From Malacoraja senta (taxonomy: Eukaryota): 64,000 nt of DNA. The position numbers and the translations under genes were made by a program. Location: positions 25,608,001-25,672,000 of the forward strand of contig CM075988.1 in assembly GCA_038087875.1 (NCBI GenBank), read 5' to 3'. Of the stretch, positions 24,860 through 37,800 are shown one piece after another (position 1 is the first letter of the stretch; each line of letters opens with the position of its first letter). The notes beneath the pieces are model-generated. The model searched no databases and was not told the origin of the DNA. It saw nothing but the letters and a program-made list of their open reading frames with translations.

Positions 24860-25655
24860 GCTCAGTACCCATGGTGGGCTGGGATGTCCTCACCATTTCT
24901 TGTAATCCTCTTCGTCCCTGGGCGTTCAAGTTGACGAACCAGGTCGTGCACCTGTAGAAGTTCAAGAGAGTTTTCATCATCATGCCGTATCTCCTCAATC
25001 TTTGCAGGAAGTAGAGGCGTCGGTGAGCTCTTTATGATTGCATCAATTTCTCCCCACCACCCCCCCCCCTCCCCCAATCTTTGCACATCCCCCTATCTTT
25101 TCCACTCGTCACTTTAATTTCATGATTCATGTATTTTGTGTATTTTATGACTGTTGGCAGATCAATTTCCCTCCTGGGATCAAAGTTGTATCGTATCGTA
25201 TTGCATTGTATTGCATGTGCTTGGTCCGTTAATTGCATCAATGCGCTGGGACAAGGACAGATCTTTGGAGATGTGCGCGCCCAGGAACTTGAAGTTTTTG
25301 ACTCACTCCACCACTGTCCTGTCGGTGAAGACAGGTTTGTGGATCCTCAGCCTTCCTCTTCTAAAGTCTACACTCAGTTCCTTGGTTTTACTGATGCGGA
25401 GAGCCAGGTTGTTGTGCCATTCGGCACCGTTCGGTCAGTCGCTGTATCTCCCACCTACACCCTGGCTCACCGTCACCCGTAATTGGTTCACCACGGTGGT
25501 GGTGTCGGCAAATGTGAAGATGGAGTTGGAAGTGTATCGGGCTGAATCATCATGACCACAGAGTGGATGGAGCAAGGGGCTGAGCACAGCCTTGGGGTGC
25601 TCCTGTTATCATGGTTAGATCAGGAAGTGTTGCTGCCTATTTCTACCGATTGGGT
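24860..25655 (-). mobile_element. Old Rex1-type RT fragment with a nested 3'-tail insertion
   Basis: TGAPQG...FTFADTTTVV...ISKTKELSVDFRRG; nested 25048-25231 with TSD attgcatcaat. Confidence 0.75.
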
Positions 25656-26451
25656 CTGTTTTATTCTTTCCTGTTCTATCAGCAGCTCCAAGGAGTAACA
25701 GTACTGAGTTTATGAACTCGGACAACACAATAAATAGTGGAGATGAACGATGATGGAGGCTGAGCAAGGTCGTGGCTGGGTGGGCACATGGTCGGCTGGT
25801 GTGTGGGATAAAGTATACATTTGGTTTGGACTGACTGACTGGCTAGGGGAGAGGAATTTGACTCAGAATGGACTGGAAGGAGTTAAGAGAATATTTTCCA
25901 GCCCAGTCGAAGTTCTTTCCAACTCTTATCTCCACCCACAATGTCCTGTTCCTGCCTCCTTCCCCCTGACAATTTTGTTTAACACGGCAGAAGGTGGAGA
26001 GAGGGAGAGGGAGGAAGGGAGGAAGGGAAAGGAAAACCGGGAATGCTGCGCTCCTGGGCTTCAGTGGAGATTACATTTTAAAATGGTCTTTGTGATGTCA
26101 AGGTTGAACCAAACTTCCCCAGCTGGGAGCCAGTGTTGGGATTGAGAGATGCCACAAACAGACTGCAAATGCTACAGGAACGGACAGGGAATTGAAGTTG
26201 TCACAGTATCCCAGGCTTCAGGATACACTGTTTGGTTCCCCTGGCGCTTATGTTCGGACAAAGTTAGCTGCCTCAGCACAGCTGCGGGTTCACCTTGTGT
26301 ATCGACCTTCTACTTTCACAAGGCTGCTGAGGTATGAGATTCGCTCCTGGTTTCGGTTGCCTTGGCATCATTGAGTGGAAAGGAATTTTTTGAGTGGACA
26401 AAGCCTGCCAGGTATCTGCCTGGCCCCGTGTGTGTGCAGTGCAAACATACG

Positions 26452-26541
26452 ATGGACAATAGAAAGCTGGCACGAGTGAACTTCCCTCTCAAACTAACCA
26501 CTGCCATTCTACCCAATACAAGTGTGCAAGTGATCACCAAG
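26452..26541 (+). CDS. Candidate coding part of a first exon (MDNRKLARVNFPLKLTTAILPNTSVQVITK), host gene unidentified
   Basis: Strong Kozak ACGATGG, 30 codons, near-consensus donor AAG|GTGAGT; lies in a TE-free island of about 900 bp with a purine-rich upstream tract. Confidence 0.5.
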
Positions 26542-26555
26542 GTGAGTGAACACTA

Positions 26556-26940
26556 GGGGGGTTGAATGTATCCTGGACAAGGATTGTAATATAGATAAAA
26601 GTGCTGGAGAAACTCAGCGGGTGAGGCAGCATCTATGGAGCGAAGGAAATAGGCAACGTTTCAGGTCGAAACCTTCAGACAAGGGTCTCGACCCGAAACG
26701 TTGCCTATTTCCTTCGCTCCATAGATGCTGCCTCACCCACTGAGTTTCTCCAGCACTTTTGTCTACCTACGATTTTTCCAGCATCTGCGGTTCCTTCTTA
26801 AACAAGGATTGTAATATAGTTATTTAGTAGTTATTACTTGGTATATTTGTTTTGTCGTACTATGTGGTGAGTTCTGTTTTGTTTTATCGTGTGGTAAATA
26901 CTATTTTAATGCTTGAATAAATATTTTTGGTTTAAAAAAA
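26556..26940 (+). mobile_element. Poly(A)-tailed (L1-type) 3' fragment with 17-bp TSD
   Basis: AATAAA 26916-26921 then A run; TSD aaggtgagt(g/t)aacacta at 26539-26555 and 26941-26957. Confidence 0.75.
26595..26801. mobile_element. Palindromic pLTR pair with 18-bp TSD, nested in the poly(A) element
   Basis: TSD acaaggattgtaatatag at 26577-26594 and 26802-26819. Confidence 0.85.
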
Positions 26941-27139
26941 AAGGTGAGTTAACACTATTCAGAATTTGAATTTATGAAAACGTGGCATATATAAGTACTT
27001 TGAAGAATTATTTAGAGCAACAAATTCTCAGTTGCTGTTGTACGATGTTGAGAAATAGGTGGCGATTCAAGGGCGAAACATAAACAGCAATAAGACAGAG
27101 CATGCAGATGGGTTCATTGAATAACTATCAAATATGAAT

Positions 27140-27405
27140 GCAGATGAGCAGGAATTTCTTTAGCCTGAGGGAGGTGAATCTGTGGAATTCATTGCCACTG
27201 CCGGCTGTGGAGGCCAAGTCATTGGGCATTTTTAAAGCGGAGATTGGCACGTTCTAGATTAGGAAGGACGTCAAAGGTTATTTGGAGAAGGCAGGAGAAT
27301 AGGGTTGAGAGGGAAAAGTAGATCAGTCGTGATTGAATGGTGGAGTAGACTCGATGGGCCGAATGGCCTAATTCTGCCCCTATGTCTTATGGTGTTATGG
27401 TCTTA
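27140..27405 (+). mobile_element. CR1 LINE 3' end
   Basis: gtgaatctgtggaattc...gggccgaatggcctaattctg. Confidence 0.8.
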
Positions 27406-28872
27406 GTAGCTGGCACTGGAGTAATTGAATGTTTATCCTCTTGTGTTTGTTATTCCCTAAATTAGGATAGTTGTGTATTCACAAACACATTTTCAAATGA
27501 CACTGTTGTGTATTGGAGAGTTACTAACACGTGGCCAAATTGGGAAATTGGAAAAATTACAAACAGCATTGGATGAAGGTGTTTAACTTGCCCACAAAGA
27601 CTTCCTGAAGACGCTGGGGTTCCCCAACTTGTGTGAGCTCCAAACCTGGCGATCCAGTGTTCAGTCAGTCTGTGTCTCTCCTTCCGCCCTTCATTAAACC
27701 TTCTCCAGTTGTAGCTCTGATGAGCACATCGTGACACTCACTGTCCTGTCCCCTCGTGTGCCTGCCTTTACACTGGGACATTTTACTACGTCCAGGCACC
27801 ATTTGTTGCTATTATTTACCAAGTGACTGCACAAGTTGTGTTGCTGCCATGTTGGAAATGGATTCCAAATGACTGGCCACGCCTCAGTAATCCACATGGG
27901 TGGCCCCGAAATGCAAATTAATTGTAGACAAACATTTCAAGATTTCCCTTAGTAAGTAATTGCATTAGCAGAAGTTCTTCATTGAGTTATTTGTCTGTAA
28001 AGAGCAACAAAAACCCTTACATTTATGAAATACCATTCGTGACTGAGGATCGCCAAGTACTTTACAGGCAAAAAATGTGTTTCAATTGCCATTAATATTG
28101 CAGTGTCAGAAACATCACAGTCCTGATACGGGATCTCGAACCAAAACATTGACTATCCCTTTGGCTCCACAGATGCTGCCTGACCTTCTGAGTTCTTTCA
28201 GCAGTTTGTTTTTTTAGTGCCAGATTACAGCATGCTCTAGTTCATAAATTCATGTGATAGAAGCAGAATTAGGCCATTCGGCCCATCAGGTCTACTCCGC
28301 CTTTCAATCATGGCTGATCTATCTTTCCCATTCTCCTGCCATCTCCCCATCACTCCCTGGCTGCGAGTGTCAGCATGGTAGTCACGTTGTGCAGAATATG
28401 TTTCTACAAACAGAGACATAAGTACTTTTAAAATGTTCTTCTGACTTGGGCAGCTGCTCAGCCCATTGGGTCCCTGCCAGCTTTCAGAACAAGCAATTCA
28501 TTCCATTCACCCACTCGTTTCTCACAATGACCTTCACCTCCCCCATCATTCTCCTGCCACCCACCTACACCAGAGACCAGTGGTTGCGGCCAGTTGACCT
28601 CTCGACCCGCTGCTGTGATGTGGGAGTAAATCAGTGCATCTGGTGGACACCCACGCGGTCATCGGGAGAAGGCAACAAGTCTGTACGGTTAGCACCAGAG
28701 GCCAGGGTTGAACCTGGGTCATGATAACTGGCGGACAACAGCAATAACACCGCAAGCCAAATGGACATATCATCTGGTTTAGTCATCCTCATGAGGAATC
28801 AGGGACAGTTTCTTCCCAGCTGTTATCAGGCAACTGAACCGTCCTATCATAACCAGAGAGCAGTGCTTAACT

Positions 28873-28999
28873 GTTCAAGAAGGAACTGCAGATGCTGGAG
28901 AATTGAAGGTAGACAAAAATGCTGGAGAAACTCAGCGGGTGAGGCAGCATCTATGGAGCGAAGGAAATAGGCAACGTTTCGGGCCGAAACCCTTCTTCA
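28873..28999 (-). mobile_element. Single pLTR (family A) with TSD
   Basis: gcagtg(c/t)ttaact at 28860-28872 and 29000-29012; intact minus-strand hammerhead core. Confidence 0.8.
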
Positions 29000-29489
29000 G
29001 CAGTGTTTAACTACCATCTACCTCATCGGGGACCATCACACAATCTTTGATTGGACTTAACCTTGCACTAAACGTTATTCTCTGATCATGTATATGTACA
29101 CTGTGGATGGCTCAATTGTAATCATGTATTGTCTTGCTGCATTTTTCACTGTACCTCGGTACACGTGACAATAAACTAAACTGAACTGAGCTGATTAATA
29201 TCATCCAGACCACAGTTCTCCCCTTCCCTTCCTTTGCATCAGTACTAGGTGATCATTTACATCCACCTTTAATATCCCACACAGATCTTTCTTTGTTTTC
29301 CACTGGAAACCCACTCTGGAAACATATGTGTAATATCCTGGCTGATATTGCAGATGTTTTTTTTCCGGAGAGGGATTTGAACTCTCTGCCTCTGAAGCAA
29401 GACAATGCTACTCACTCAGTGTAATGCTGCCTGGAGAACAAACTTCCTTTTCTTCCCCTCAAACCAAAAGAATCATTTTGTGAAATCAG

Positions 29490-29796
29490 TTTCACACAAA
29501 GGGTGTATGGAACGAGCTGCCAGAGGAGGTAGTTGAGGCCGGGACTATCCCAACGTTTAAGAAACAGTTAGACAGGTACATGGATAGGACAGGTTTGGAG
29601 GGATATGGACCAAGCGCAGGGAGGGGGGACTGGTGTGGCTGGGACATGTTGGCTGGTGTGGGCAAGTTGGGCCGAAGGGCCTGTTTCCACATTGTATCAC
29701 TCTATGACTAGTGTAGCTGGGTCATGTTGGCCGGTGTGGGCAAGATGGGCCGAAGGGCCTGTTTCCACACTGTATCACTCTATGACTCATGACTCT
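29490..29796 (+). mobile_element. CR1 (HER1-like) 3' end with duplicated terminal unit of about 75 bp
   Basis: The terminus gggccgaagggcctgtttccac is shared with the HE1 SINE tail and is present twice. Confidence 0.8.
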
Positions 29797-30550
29797 AAGC
29801 TTCTTGAACAGGACCTCTCCGTTGACCTGCCTGATGAACAAAGACCAGCCACGTGCCGTTTGTTGGCCGGGGTGATAGACTCAGATATGCCGCACTAGTC
29901 CATCAAGCTCCCAACATCACCTGGCCTTCTAGTCCTCAACGACGTCCCATCCTCCGCAGAATTTAAAAGCCACAATGACAAAACACAAATATCACAAACT
30001 CTAAATATTCCTCTCCCTCCTCAACCTACACAGAGAACTCAAAGCCCTGGCTCTGTAATCTATCCATGCAATAATGATTTCACCAGCCACTTCCATCTGC
30101 AGTGTTTCTGCTCCAAGCTGGCACTATTATTGAGGAGCTGCTGATTTTGTAACGATGTTTGTGTAGCGCTGGAACTCGAGTCTGTTTAGCAGAAATATTT
30201 GTGCAATGTGCCAGGAAAGTACGGGGTACTTGAAAGGATTGGAAGCCAGAGCTGCAGATGCAGTCGACATGCCTTGAATTCCACTAATGCGGAGAAATCA
30301 AATGAGTTTTGAACGGTGGGAGCCTATGAATGGCCCTCAGTCTGTGGTTGCCATTGCAATAAAAGTCATGTATCAGCAACACTTTGGGCTGTTTCTGTGA
30401 AAAGGGGATTGTGCGAAAGGGCATTAGAACATTCCTCAAAGCAGCCTCTGTGTGTGTGTTTGTGCAAAATCCCTCTGTACAGTAATATTCCTGCCCCAGC
30501 ACCTCGTCCTAATCCTCTCTGTTTTGTCATTTGATCTGTTCTCCTTCAAC

Positions 30551-30820
30551 GGGCGGCATGGTGGTGCAGCGGTAGAGTTGCTGCTTTACAGCGCCAGAGA
30601 CCCGTGTTCGATCCTGACCTCGGGTGCGTGGGTTTTCTCCGGGAGCTCCGGTTTTCTTTCCACTCTCCGAAGACGTACAGGTTTGTAGGCTCATCGGCTT
30701 GGTGTAATTGTAAATTGTCCCTAGTGTGTGTAGGATAGTGTTAGTGTGTGGGGATCGCTGGTCGGCACGGACCAAGTGGGCCGAAGGGCCTGTTTCAGCG
30801 CTGTATCTCTAAACTAAACA
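30551..30820 (+). mobile_element. HE1-type SINE
   Basis: gggcggcatggtggtgcagcggtagag...ctgtatctctaaactaaa. Confidence 0.85.
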
Positions 30821-30887
30821 GGTTTATGTCTCATCTCCTTCACCACCTGCAATAACTCCAAAAGGAGATCATCCAGACATAATCACA

Positions 30888-31217
30888 TTTAGTTTAGAGA
30901 TACAGAATGTAAACAGGCCCTTCGGCCCACCGAGTCCACACTGACCATCGACCACCTTTGTTAGTTATGCCCCTATGGGAAGGGTTGGGGAAACACACAT
31001 ACTATCCCACTTTCTCATCCACTCCCCACACGCTAGGGGCAATTTACAGAGGGCCAATTAACCTACAAACCCGCACGTCTTTGGTCCGTGGGAGGAAACT
31101 GGAGCACCCGGTGCAAACCCCCATGGTCACAGGGAGAACGTGCAAACTCCACACAGCCAGCAACCGAGGTCAGAATGGAACATTGGTCTCTGGCGCTGTG
31201 AGGCAGCAGCTCTACCC
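30888..31217 (-). mobile_element. HE1-type SINE with a foreign 42-bp patch
   Basis: SINE head and tail on the minus strand; patch at 30959-31000. Confidence 0.8.
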
Positions 31218-31409
31218 GCTGTGTCGCTGTGCTGCCCTTTAAAACAGGGTGGTCCACCGCCTGGGTCTAACCTAGACACAACCAACCCAATGCCTCGCAG
31301 GTGATGATTCACTTCCTGTCTGCTAAGAATTTCTTGTTTAGTTTAGTTTGGAACTAATGTTGCAGCTATGGTCCAAGGATAAGTAGGAGGAGGTGGCTGA
31401 GAGTTGAAG

Positions 31410-31822
31410 AAGTAAGTTTATTGGCCAAGTATTCACATACAAGGAATTTGCCTTGGTGCTCCACCCACAAGTAACAACAGGACATACAGTGACAGTTACG
31501 AATGACTCAGAAAACACTAAACATTAATAATAATAAAACATTAATGATAAAACACCATTGATCAAGCATGTGAACCAACAAAATACAAGATCAAAGGGAG
31601 GCTACAGATTTTTGGCTGTTGAGTAGAGCAACTACTCGTGGATAAAAACTGTTTTTATGTCTGGATGTGGCAGCTTTGACAATCCGGAGTCGCCTTCCAG
31701 AGGGAAGTGATTCAAAGAGTTTGTGGCCAGGGTGAGAGGGGTCAGAGATGATCTTGCCCGCTCGCTTCCTGGCCCTTGCAGTGTATAGTTCGTCAATGGA
31801 GGGAAGGTTACAGCCAATATTC
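31410..31822 (-). mobile_element. Rex1-type LINE 3' end (young subfamily)
   Basis: IGCNLPSIDELYTARARKRAGKIISDPSHPGHKLFESLPSGRRLR; tail aataaacttactt. Confidence 0.88.
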
Positions 31823-32264
31823 TTCAAGGGGTCTCGACCGGAAACACCGCCCATTCTTTCTCTCCAGAGACCCTGCCTGTCCCGCTGAGTTACTCCAGCT
31901 TTTTGTATCTATCTTTAGTTTTGACATCACACCAGGTGCTGGTTAGTGTATAAGGTTAGTGTGTGGGGATCACCGGTCGGCGTTGACTCGGTGGGCCGAA
32001 GGGCCTGTTTCCGCGCTGTATCTCCAAACTAATCTAAATGAATAGCTAGCACTAACATCGCTAAGAACAGCGTACCAAAAGGTCCTCATTCACAGAGCCA
32101 GTGTGTGTACTCTGCCGCAGGGCCGCAGGCATGTGCCTTACTCGAGACTGTTAATACATTGCATATGTGGAGAGAATTAACAATCAGATAATCACACCTC
32201 AGTGAGTGAAATTTGTCACCAGTTGTGACAATCAATTAGCACAGATGGAGGTCACAATCCTCTG

Positions 32265-32470
32265 GTACACAAAAATGCTGGAGAAACTCAGCGGGTGCAG
32301 CAGCATCTATGGAGCGAAGGAAATAGGTAACGTTTCGGGCCGAAACCCTTCTTCAGACTGATAGGGGGTGGGGAGAAGAAAGGAAAAAAGGAAAAGGCGG
32401 AGGAGGAGCCCGAGGGCTGGGGGAGGGGAGGAGACAACCAGATGGCTGATGAAGGGGAGGGGACGTGATC
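32265..32470 (-). mobile_element. Penelope-like 3' end (pLTR plus pyrimidine-rich UTR) with 14-bp TSD
   Basis: TSD gtcacaatcctctg at 32251-32264 and 32471-32484; same UTR as 53155-53494. Confidence 0.85.
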
Positions 32471-33430
32471 GTCACAATCCTCTGCTTGGTTTCTGTTAGC
32501 AGGTTATTAAATAATCAAAAGCGCTGCTCTCAGCTGATGTTCAAGAAGCAACTGCAGATGCTGGAAAAATCTAAGGTAGACAAAAATGCTGGAGAAACTC
32601 AGCGGGTGAGGCAGCATCTATGGAGGTGATGTTTCGGGTTGAGACCCTGAGGGTCTCATCCGCTGAGTTTCTCCAGCATTTTTGTCTACCTCCGACCTGC
32701 TGTGGTCATTTGTTTAGTTTAACAGCTGGAATACTGGGGCAGGTTAGTGGTCTTTTCAATGGATGGGTGTAAGCTGAAGAATGACATCCTGTTTGACCCA
32801 CACTCCAAAGACGTACAGGTTCGTAGGTTAATTGGCTTGGTGTAAGTGTAAAACAGTCCCGAGTGTGTGTAGGGTAGTGGGAATGTGTGGGGATCGCTGG
32901 TCGTTGCAGACTCGGTGGGTCGAATGGCCTGTTTTCACACTGTATCTCTAAACCAAACTAAGCTAAAAACTATCTAAAAGCCTCTTAAACACGACTATCG
33001 TATCTGTGTAAAAAAATAATTACACCTCACATCACCTTTGAACTTTGTCAATCTCAATTTAAAGTTGAGCCCTCTAGTGATTGATGTCTCTATCGGGTAG
33101 TTCTTTTCTCCTTTCTAGAGTACACAGCCTCAGACAATTCAGATGTTCCTAACTTCTGATAAAATAGCAACTATTTTTACTGTTCCTCTAATTTATAGGC
33201 TTCAACATCAGTGGAAGTTTACCTGCCATATCATCCTGTTTCCTCCCCACCTTACCCTGCCCTGGGCCATCAGTGGGCCTTGAGGCTTTGCTGATGTTAG
33301 TTATGTCCCTATGGGAAGGGTTGGGGAAACACACATCCTGGCCTCTCTATTTTAAACTTCCTGTGAGGCTCCGATGTATAAAAATATCCATTCTTCCCCT
33401 ACTGGCTGCATCGACTAACGAAGAAGCGTA

Positions 33431-33675
33431 GGGCGGCACGGTGGTGCAGCAGGTAGAGCTGCTGCCTGACAACGCCAGAGACCCGAGTTTGATCCTGACT
33501 ACGGACGCAGTTTGTTCGTTCTCCCCGTGCGTGCGTTTTCTCCGGGAGCTCCGGTTTCCTCCCACGCTCCAAAGAGACGTGTGGGTTTGTAGGTTAATTG
33601 GCTTTGGTATAATTGTAAATTGTCCCTAGTGTGTGTAAGATAATGCTAGGGTATGGGATCGCTGGTTGGAGCACA
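33431..33675 (+). mobile_element. HE1-type SINE (3'-truncated)
   Basis: gggcggcacggtggtgcagcaggtagagctgctgcc. Confidence 0.8.
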
Positions 33676-34256
33676 ATTCTCTACCCGGTCTAAATGCTCT
33701 CCCTGGATCCCCTGCGATGCAGCGCCTGCCGTGCAGAGTCTTGTCGAATGCCTTGGTGTAGGGTGTTCACTGTTACAACACACTAACATTAGCAGCCAGT
33801 CTGGGACATAGCCAGCTCCTGCTGCATGAATAACTAACCAGCCAAAGATGTTTTTGTCATGTTGATCAGTGGAACATTGGTGTGGATGGACACAAATCAC
33901 TGATGGCTAACATGCCAGACAAGCAAGGGGTCAGGTGTGCCACTGCTCACAGGAGAGGAAGTGAAGGGAGTTTAACTGCAGTTATAATGGATGGTGCCGT
34001 CTCTAACGGCTGGGTGGACGACTACTGGACTTTCACAAGCCTTTCCATTTGCTATTTCTATAACACCCAGGATTATAGCCGTCCTCTTCTTCAAAGTAGA
34101 TAGAGCCATGAAATCTGCTGCACCATCCAGGGATGCATGGTGGCTCTTTGTCGCTTAGAACGGCTTTGGAATTCCTCCTACCTACCCTTGGACCACGAGC
34201 CCACAGGTCAGCAGCAGGCCATCATTTTGCAGACTCTCTCCGATTATATCACTTCC

Positions 34257-34666
34257 AGTTTAGAAGGATGAGAGGGAATCTCATTGAAACATATAAGATT
34301 GTTATGGGTTTGGACACGCTAGAGGCAGGAAACATGTTCCCGATGTTGGGGGAGTCCAGAACCAGGGGCCGCAGTTTAAGAACAAGGAGTAAGCCATTTA
34401 GAACAGAGACGAGGAAACACTTTTTCTCACAGAGAGTGGTGAGTCTGTGGAATTCTCTGCCTCAGAGGGCGGTGGAGGCAGGTTCTCTGGATGCTTTCAA
34501 GAGAGAGCTAGATAGGGCTCTTAAAAATAGCGGAGTCAGGGGATATGGGGAGAAGGCAGGAATGGGGTACTGATTGGGGATGATCAGCCATGATCGCATT
34601 GAATGGCGGTGCTGGCTCGAAGGGCCGAATGGCCTACTCCTGCACCTATTGTCTATTGCCTATTGT
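34257..34666 (+). mobile_element. Young CR1 LINE 3' end
   Basis: FRRMRGNLIETYKIV...WNSLPQRAVEAG... Confidence 0.9.
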
Positions 34667-35974
34667 CCGGCTGTCTGCCCTCCACAGCCTCCAACCCTAT
34701 CAGCCCCCAGCCCCGCACGGCCCGCTTTTACCTTCTCCCCCCCAAAAAACGCCCTGATTCTCACTGAAGAAGGGTCTCGAGGCAAAGTGTCCAGCATTCC
34801 CAGATATGCTGCACATCCTGCTGAGTTACCCCTGCATTTAGTGTCTACTGTTGGAATGTTGCGATACAAAATAGGGTAAACGCTCGAGCATCTGATTGAG
34901 AGAGAAGTACGCGGCCAACTCAGCCACAGCTGACAGACGGAGTGGCGCGGGCGGGCGGCACAGTGTGATGATGCCATTGTACTGTCCATGTTGGGCCATT
35001 CTTACCATAAAGACACTAAACCCTTTGCACTTACTCCAGCCTATATACAGCTCCTGAAGCCAAGGCAGCACAGTGCAGACAATGAGTTTCAGCTGTTCCG
35101 TTACTGACATTTTATTTCCAGAGCCACGTTTTATCCCGGGTGCCCAGTAATGGAGTCCAACGTGGCAGCTAGATTCTACCCACCCCAAGTACATCCATTC
35201 CTTATCTATCTTGCTGCGAGTGCAGAAAGGATGTGTCGTGACTAATCTGCCAAAGGCTGCCACAGTGGACGGCACCTGCAGTCCTGTGGGTTTTTTTTGT
35301 GTGTGTAGTCCAGCACCCGGGCCAACTCATCATTCACCCAGCCACGGCCGAGTCGGTCAACGGATTGCCGTCGGGAATTAGTCCCGTGTTTTGACCTTTT
35401 GTCCCTTATTTGGGAGTGAGAAAGTTGGCAACTCTAATTCCAACATCTGCAAGCCTAGACATTGTGGACGGAAGGGTCTATTCCTGTGCTGGGCTGTTGT
35501 AGGTCCTGTGTATGCACAGGTTGATTGGGGTCAACAGAAGGTCCAGAGAAGGTTTACAATAATGATCCCGAGGGAGAAAAAAAAGGTTCCGTGTGTGCAT
35601 ATATACACATACTCACAAATACACATATCCTGTATATAGTTCCTGAACCTGGATGTTGCAGTTCTCAGGCTCCTGTACCTTCTTCCTGATGGCAGGCATG
35701 AAATGAGAGCGTGGCCAGGGTGGTGATGATGCTGGCTGCCTTATAGAATGAGGACATCTCGTTGAATGTTGTGGTCAATGCACCACTTAAGACCTTGGAA
35801 TGACTTGCAGCCAATTGAAATGTTTTGAAGTGTTTAGCAATGAGCGAGAAATGTGTTCAGGTGATTGTATTAGAGAATCCAGTGAGAGGGTGGGATGGAG
35901 GTTCCAGGGCACAGCTTTCCCTGTATCAAGCTACACCCACCATTGCGTTTTCACCGTTAAACCTAGAGCTCAAT

Positions 35975-36721
35975 ACTCTCAAGATGGTAGACTTTAGGAG
36001 AGCTCCCCCTCCCCTCACCCCACTCACCATCAACAACACCACAGTCACATCTGTGGAGTCTTTTAAGTTCCTGGGAACCATCATCTCCAAGGACCTTAAA
36101 TGGGGGGCTACCATCGACTCCACAGTCAAAAAGGCACAACAGAGGATGTACTTCCTACGGCAGCTGAGGAAGCACAATCTGCCACAGGCAATGATGGTCC
36201 ATTTCTACACGGCCATCGTAGAGTCTGTTCTCACCTTCTCCATCATGGTCTGGTTTGGCTCAGCCACCAAGCACGACATCCGGAGGCTGCAACGAATCGT
36301 CCGATCAGCTGGGAAGGTTATTGGCTGCATCCTTCCCTCCATTGACGAACTGTACACTGCAAGGGCCAGGAAGCGAGCGGGCAAGATCATCTCTGACCCC
36401 TCTCACCCTGGCCACAAACTCTTTGAATCACTTCCCTCCGGATTGTCAAAGCTGCCACAGCCAGACATAAAAACAGTTTTTATCCACGAGTAGTTGCTCA
36501 ACAGCCAAAAATCTGTAGCCTCCCTTTGATCTGGTTGGTTCACATGCTTGATCAATGGTGTTTTATCATTAATGTTTTATTATTATTAATGTTTAGTGTT
36601 TTCTGAGTCATTCATAACTGTCACTGTATGTCAGGTTGTTACTTGTGGGCGGAGCACCAAGGCAAATTCCTTGTATGTGAATACTTGGCCAATAAACTTA
36701 CTTATTTACTTACTTACTTAA
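35975..36721 (+). mobile_element. Rex1-type LINE 3' end
   Basis: MVDFRR...VESFKFLGTIISKDLKW...KKAQQRMYFLRQLRK...DPSHPGH; (ttac)n tail. Confidence 0.92.
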
Positions 36722-37359
36722 TTTATCCCTGCGCTGGTGTGGAGGTCAGTACCCGTGATGGACTGGGCGTTCGAGTTGCTGACGCAGGCTGTGATGCAAC
36801 CCAGTCAATACACTCTCTACTGTACACCTGTGGAAGTCCACTAAGACAATAATAATTTGCATTTACGGAGCGCTCCGAATGCAGTGAGCATTCCTGTGCT
36901 GCTCTTAGTTCATGGAACCAGTAATCAAACTCAATCTGACATTGATCGCTTTATCGGTTGGTCTGAGTGGAACAGGAAAGCTGTGAGTGGAGCTGGAAAG
37001 AGAAAGGCAAGGATACTTTACAGCAACTCTTCAACTACTAGATTTTCAGTCTAATGCTGAGTGTGAAACCATGCCAGTAAATATTCCCGTCCCCTTTTCT
37101 AAAAATTTGACAACCGCGCCGTGGTTAGTGCGGCTGGACGTGATAATGTGATGGAGAGCGAACAGGTTAGACAGGTTGACATGTCCCCTGCTCGTGTACC
37201 CTGTGCCTCAGTGTGTGGGTGCAGACACATGGCTTGGCCTCTGCTGGGGGTAAACTATGAATAGGAATGATTGCGTTAACATATGATCAGTGTTTGACGG
37301 CACTGGGCCTGTACTGGCTGGAATTTAGAAGGATTGGGGGGGGGGGACATCGTTGAAAC

Positions 37360-37800
37360 TTACATAGATACATAGATACATAGATACATAGATACATAGA
37401 AAATAGGTGCAGGAGTAGACCATTCGGCCCTTCGAGCCTGCACCGCCATTCAATATGATCATGGCTGATCATCCAACTCAGTATCCCGTACCTGCCTTCT
37501 CTCCATATCCCCTGATCCCCTTAGCCACAAGGGCCACATCTAACTCCCTCTTAAATATAGCCAATGAACTGGCCTCAACTACCCTCTGTGGCAGAGAGTT
37601 CCAGAGATTCACCACTCTCTGTGTGAAAACGTTTTTCCTCATCTCGGTCTTAAAGGATTTCCCCCTTATCCTTAAGCTGTGACCCCTTGTCCTGGACTTC
37701 CCCAACATCGGGAACAATCTTCCTGCATCTAGCCTGTCCAACCCCATAAGAATTTTGTACGTTTCTATAAGATCCCCTCTCAATCTCCTAAATTCTAGCG
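37360..37800 (-). mobile_element. Young CR1 LINE 3' end
   Basis: ORF 37478-37816; (tgtatcta)n tail. Confidence 0.9.
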
